A stretch of DNA of 54,054 nucleotides from Cyanobacteria bacterium M_surface_7_m2_037 (GTDB lineage Bacteria; Cyanobacteriota; Cyanobacteriia; PCC-6307; Cyanobiaceae). Shown here piece after piece: positions 51,978 through 54,054 of this stretch. The stretch spans positions 1 to 54,054 of the forward strand of contig VGPP01000001.1 in NCBI GenBank assembly GCA_016882585.1, read 5' to 3'. Both the position numbers and the translations under genes were made by a program. Each line of letters starts with the position of its first letter. Within the stretch, counting starts at the first letter, position 1. The notes beneath the pieces are model-generated. The model made no database searches and was not told the DNA's origin. It was given only the letters and a program-made list of their open reading frames with translations.

Positions 51978-52239
51978 ACCCAAGCCGAAACGCCGGCGTA
52001 GCGCAACCAAGAGCGCCGCTGATCAAGGCACCGAGTGGCAGGAAGAAGTGGAGCAGCTGAGCTTCAACGAAGCACGAACGGCCCTGGAGCTCGCGATGGC
52101 GAAGCTGCAGTCGAACGACCTGGAAGTGGAAGAGATGGCAACCCTCTATCGCCGAGCTGAGGCCTACGCCAACCGTTGCAGTGCCGTTCTCGAAAGCGTT
52201 GAGCAGGACGTGATCCAATGGGACAACCCGAGCGCATGA
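51970..52239 (+). CDS. xseB: Exodeoxyribonuclease VII small subunit
   Basis: LSFNEA..LE..LQ..L.VEE..LY..C..L; overlaps the xseA end. Confidence 0.9.
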   Translation: MAEPKPKRRRSATKSAADQGTEWQEEVEQLSFNEARTALELAMAKLQSNDLEVEEMATLYRRAEAYANRCSAVLESVEQDVIQWDNPSA

Positions 52240-52658
52240 CCGGAGCCGTGGATTCCCTGAACGCCAACCAACCTGCGCCAACGGCTGTGAGGCCCTGGCT
52301 GGCTTGGATTTACCTGGCCCTGGCCATTGCCGGTGGCGTGCTGCCATGGATGGCCAATCTGGACTACATGCGGGAGTACGGCTCCAGTTTCGATCTGAGC
52401 CTGTTCGTTGCCTTGGCCAATGCCAACGCCGCCGCCCAGTCGTTGTCGCGGGATCTGCTGGTGGGCGCCTCGGCGGTCACCATCTGGATGGTGGTGGAGA
52501 GCCGGCGCCTGCAGATGCGGCACCTCTGGGTGGTGTTGCTGAGCTCCGTCACCATCGCGTTTGCCTTTGCAGCTCCCTTGTTCCTGTATTTGAGGGAAAG
52601 GCGCTTGGCTGAGCTGGCCCGTGCCAGCGGCAACGGCACGCCTTCAGCGCTCCCCTGA
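52236..52658 (+). CDS. DUF2834 family membrane protein
   Basis: YL.LA..G.VLPW, AN.AA, DL, PLFLYLRER; ATGA overlap with xseB. Confidence 0.8.
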   Translation: MTGAVDSLNANQPAPTAVRPWLAWIYLALAIAGGVLPWMANLDYMREYGSSFDLSLFVALANANAAAQSLSRDLLVGASAVTIWMVVESRRLQMRHLWVVLLSSVTIAFAFAAPLFLYLRERRLAELARASGNGTPSALP

Positions 52659-52988
52659 AACGTCGCGCACCTCAACGTCGATCACGGCCGAACTGGCTGG
52701 TAGATCGGGGGAAGGTTGAGATCCTGGCTTCACACCCTGTAGATCTGCTCCACAAGCCGGGCAAGTAGCCGCCCCAAAGCTGGGCGTCCCGCAGGCGGGA
52801 CAGGTGATCAGGCGGCTCTTAAACCACTGCCAGGCCAAAAAGCCAGCACCCGCCAGCACCAATGGGCCGAACACCAGCAACAAGGCAAAGCCCTCGAGCA
52901 CATCAAAGAACAGGCGCGCCGTGAATCCAGGTGCCAAGAGCAGCAGTCCGATCACAACGATCCAGAGCCATGGAATCGGGCGTTGCAT
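52644..52988 (-). CDS. Two-TM protein with C-terminal zinc ribbon
   Basis: Two TM segments, CPACG-X7-TCPACG, and a VIDVE tail. Confidence 0.75.
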   Translation of the reverse strand: MQRPIPWLWIVVIGLLLLAPGFTARLFFDVLEGFALLLVFGPLVLAGAGFLAWQWFKSRLITCPACGTPSFGAATCPACGADLQGVKPGSQPSPDLPASSAVIDVEVRDVSGER

Positions 52989-53019
52989 CAGGTGGCCTGT
53001 TGACTCACTCACTCCATCT

Positions 53020-53958
53020 TCACTGGGCTCCGTCTGCCGCGGAAGAGGCCAAGCGGGCGGATGCCTCACCATCGCGGCGACGGCTCACCACCACACTCAA
53101 GGCCGTGCCGTAATAGACCACCAAAGCCACCAACCAAACCCAGAGGCTGAGCAGCAACACACCACCAATCACGCCATAGGCCTGAAAACGCGACCCGAGA
53201 GACAGCAAACTACGGCCCAGCACCACATTGAAGATCGTTAATACAAAACCAATCAAAAGAGATCCAGGAATCAACGATCGCGCCGGAACATGACGCGAAG
53301 GCAGAATTGCCAGCAGCGCAAACGACAGACTGCAAGCAATCAACAACGAGATCCCAAAATCAACAGCCATCGGCACGGGAGCCCACAGATGCAACCAATG
53401 AGGCAACCAGCCCTGCAACATCACTCTCCAACTGCCAGGGCTGAGCAATCTCAGATTCGTCGTCAATTGATCCAACACCACAAAGAAACCAATCAAGGCC
53501 ACCAAAGCAATCGCCTCCAAACGTGCCCGCACAAAACGCCAAACAGGCCTACTCCAGTGATCAATGGGAAGCAAACAGGGCCGAAACCCCCACAGCCGAT
53601 CAGCTCCCCTTTGCAGACTTAGATAAGCGTTGGTTGAAGACACCAACAGAAAGCCAGCACCCACCAAACCAGCACCTGTGCCCTGACGAATCAACTGATT
53701 GAGCGTGGTTCGAATCACAGGAATCACTGAAGGCGGCAACACCTGATCCGCCAAGCCCAAGATCTGATCAGACAGATTATCCACACGCCCCAACACACGA
53801 CTGGCTACACCCAGAGCGATCAACAAGATTGGGAAGAATGATTGCAGCGTGTGATAAGCAAACGCCGCACTCAAATCAACACAGTCTTCCCGATCCCAGA
53901 GCCGGTAAGAACGCCAAAACAATCGCACCAGCGAACGCCACCGAAACCTGCGCTTCAT
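53020..53958 (-). CDS. YihY/BrkB family membrane protein
   Basis: SAAFAY..LQS.FP, PG, F..YG.IGG..L..LW.W, YG. Confidence 0.9.
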   Translation of the reverse strand: MKRRFRWRSLVRLFWRSYRLWDREDCVDLSAAFAYHTLQSFFPILLIALGVASRVLGRVDNLSDQILGLADQVLPPSVIPVIRTTLNQLIRQGTGAGLVGAGFLLVSSTNAYLSLQRGADRLWGFRPCLLPIDHWSRPVWRFVRARLEAIALVALIGFFVVLDQLTTNLRLLSPGSWRVMLQGWLPHWLHLWAPVPMAVDFGISLLIACSLSFALLAILPSRHVPARSLIPGSLLIGFVLTIFNVVLGRSLLSLGSRFQAYGVIGGVLLLSLWVWLVALVVYYGTALSVVVSRRRDGEASARLASSAADGAQ

Positions 53959-54017
53959 CGCCGCCACGGAACGCCGCACCTTTACCGACGCTACAACCTC
54001 TCCCAGCGCCAGCCAAC

Positions 54018-54043
54018 AAAAAAGCCACCCTCTCGGGTGGCTT
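54018..54043 (-). terminator. Strong rho-independent terminator of a minus-strand transcript from beyond the window
   Basis: Minus strand AAGCCACCC-GAGA-GGGTGGCTT then TTTT; perfect stem with a GNRA loop. Confidence 0.85.
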
Positions 54044-54054
54044 GTCTGCCTCAT

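Overview
GC-rich picocyanobacterial chromosome segment (Synechococcus/Cyanobium type, inferred from cpcS-cpcG, hli, sufR and gene order). The backbone is mostly housekeeping: mtnA, ftrC-sufBCDS with divergent sufR, cpcS, cpcG, pgm, RND efflux pair, rarA, PPTase, bcp, coaX, cysH, NDH-2, hflX, 1-Cys peroxiredoxin, anmK, ABC-F, HtrA, hrpB, hli, xseAB and yihY. Two accessory zones stand out. (1) About 1-6.8 kb: mtnA coupled to a FucA-type class II aldolase (DHAP-shunt-like), a Tat metallophosphoesterase, DUF1543, an amine oxidase/aldo-keto reductase/methyltransferase run, and an AT-richer DUF4160-DUF2442 toxin-antitoxin-like pair with a candidate operator. (2) About 21-30.3 kb: an AT-richer block between pgm and rarA with a DUF1345-like membrane protein, a ClC with non-canonical filter motifs, a cytoplasmic GGT-family enzyme, a doubly broken MarC gene and a compositionally mosaic RND pump. 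Several small ORFs missing from the supplied track, terminators, and candidate SufR and NtcA sites were read by hand. I found no tRNA, rRNA, CRISPR array, integrase or transposase. Family calls come from motif recognition only; GC statements are visual, not computed.
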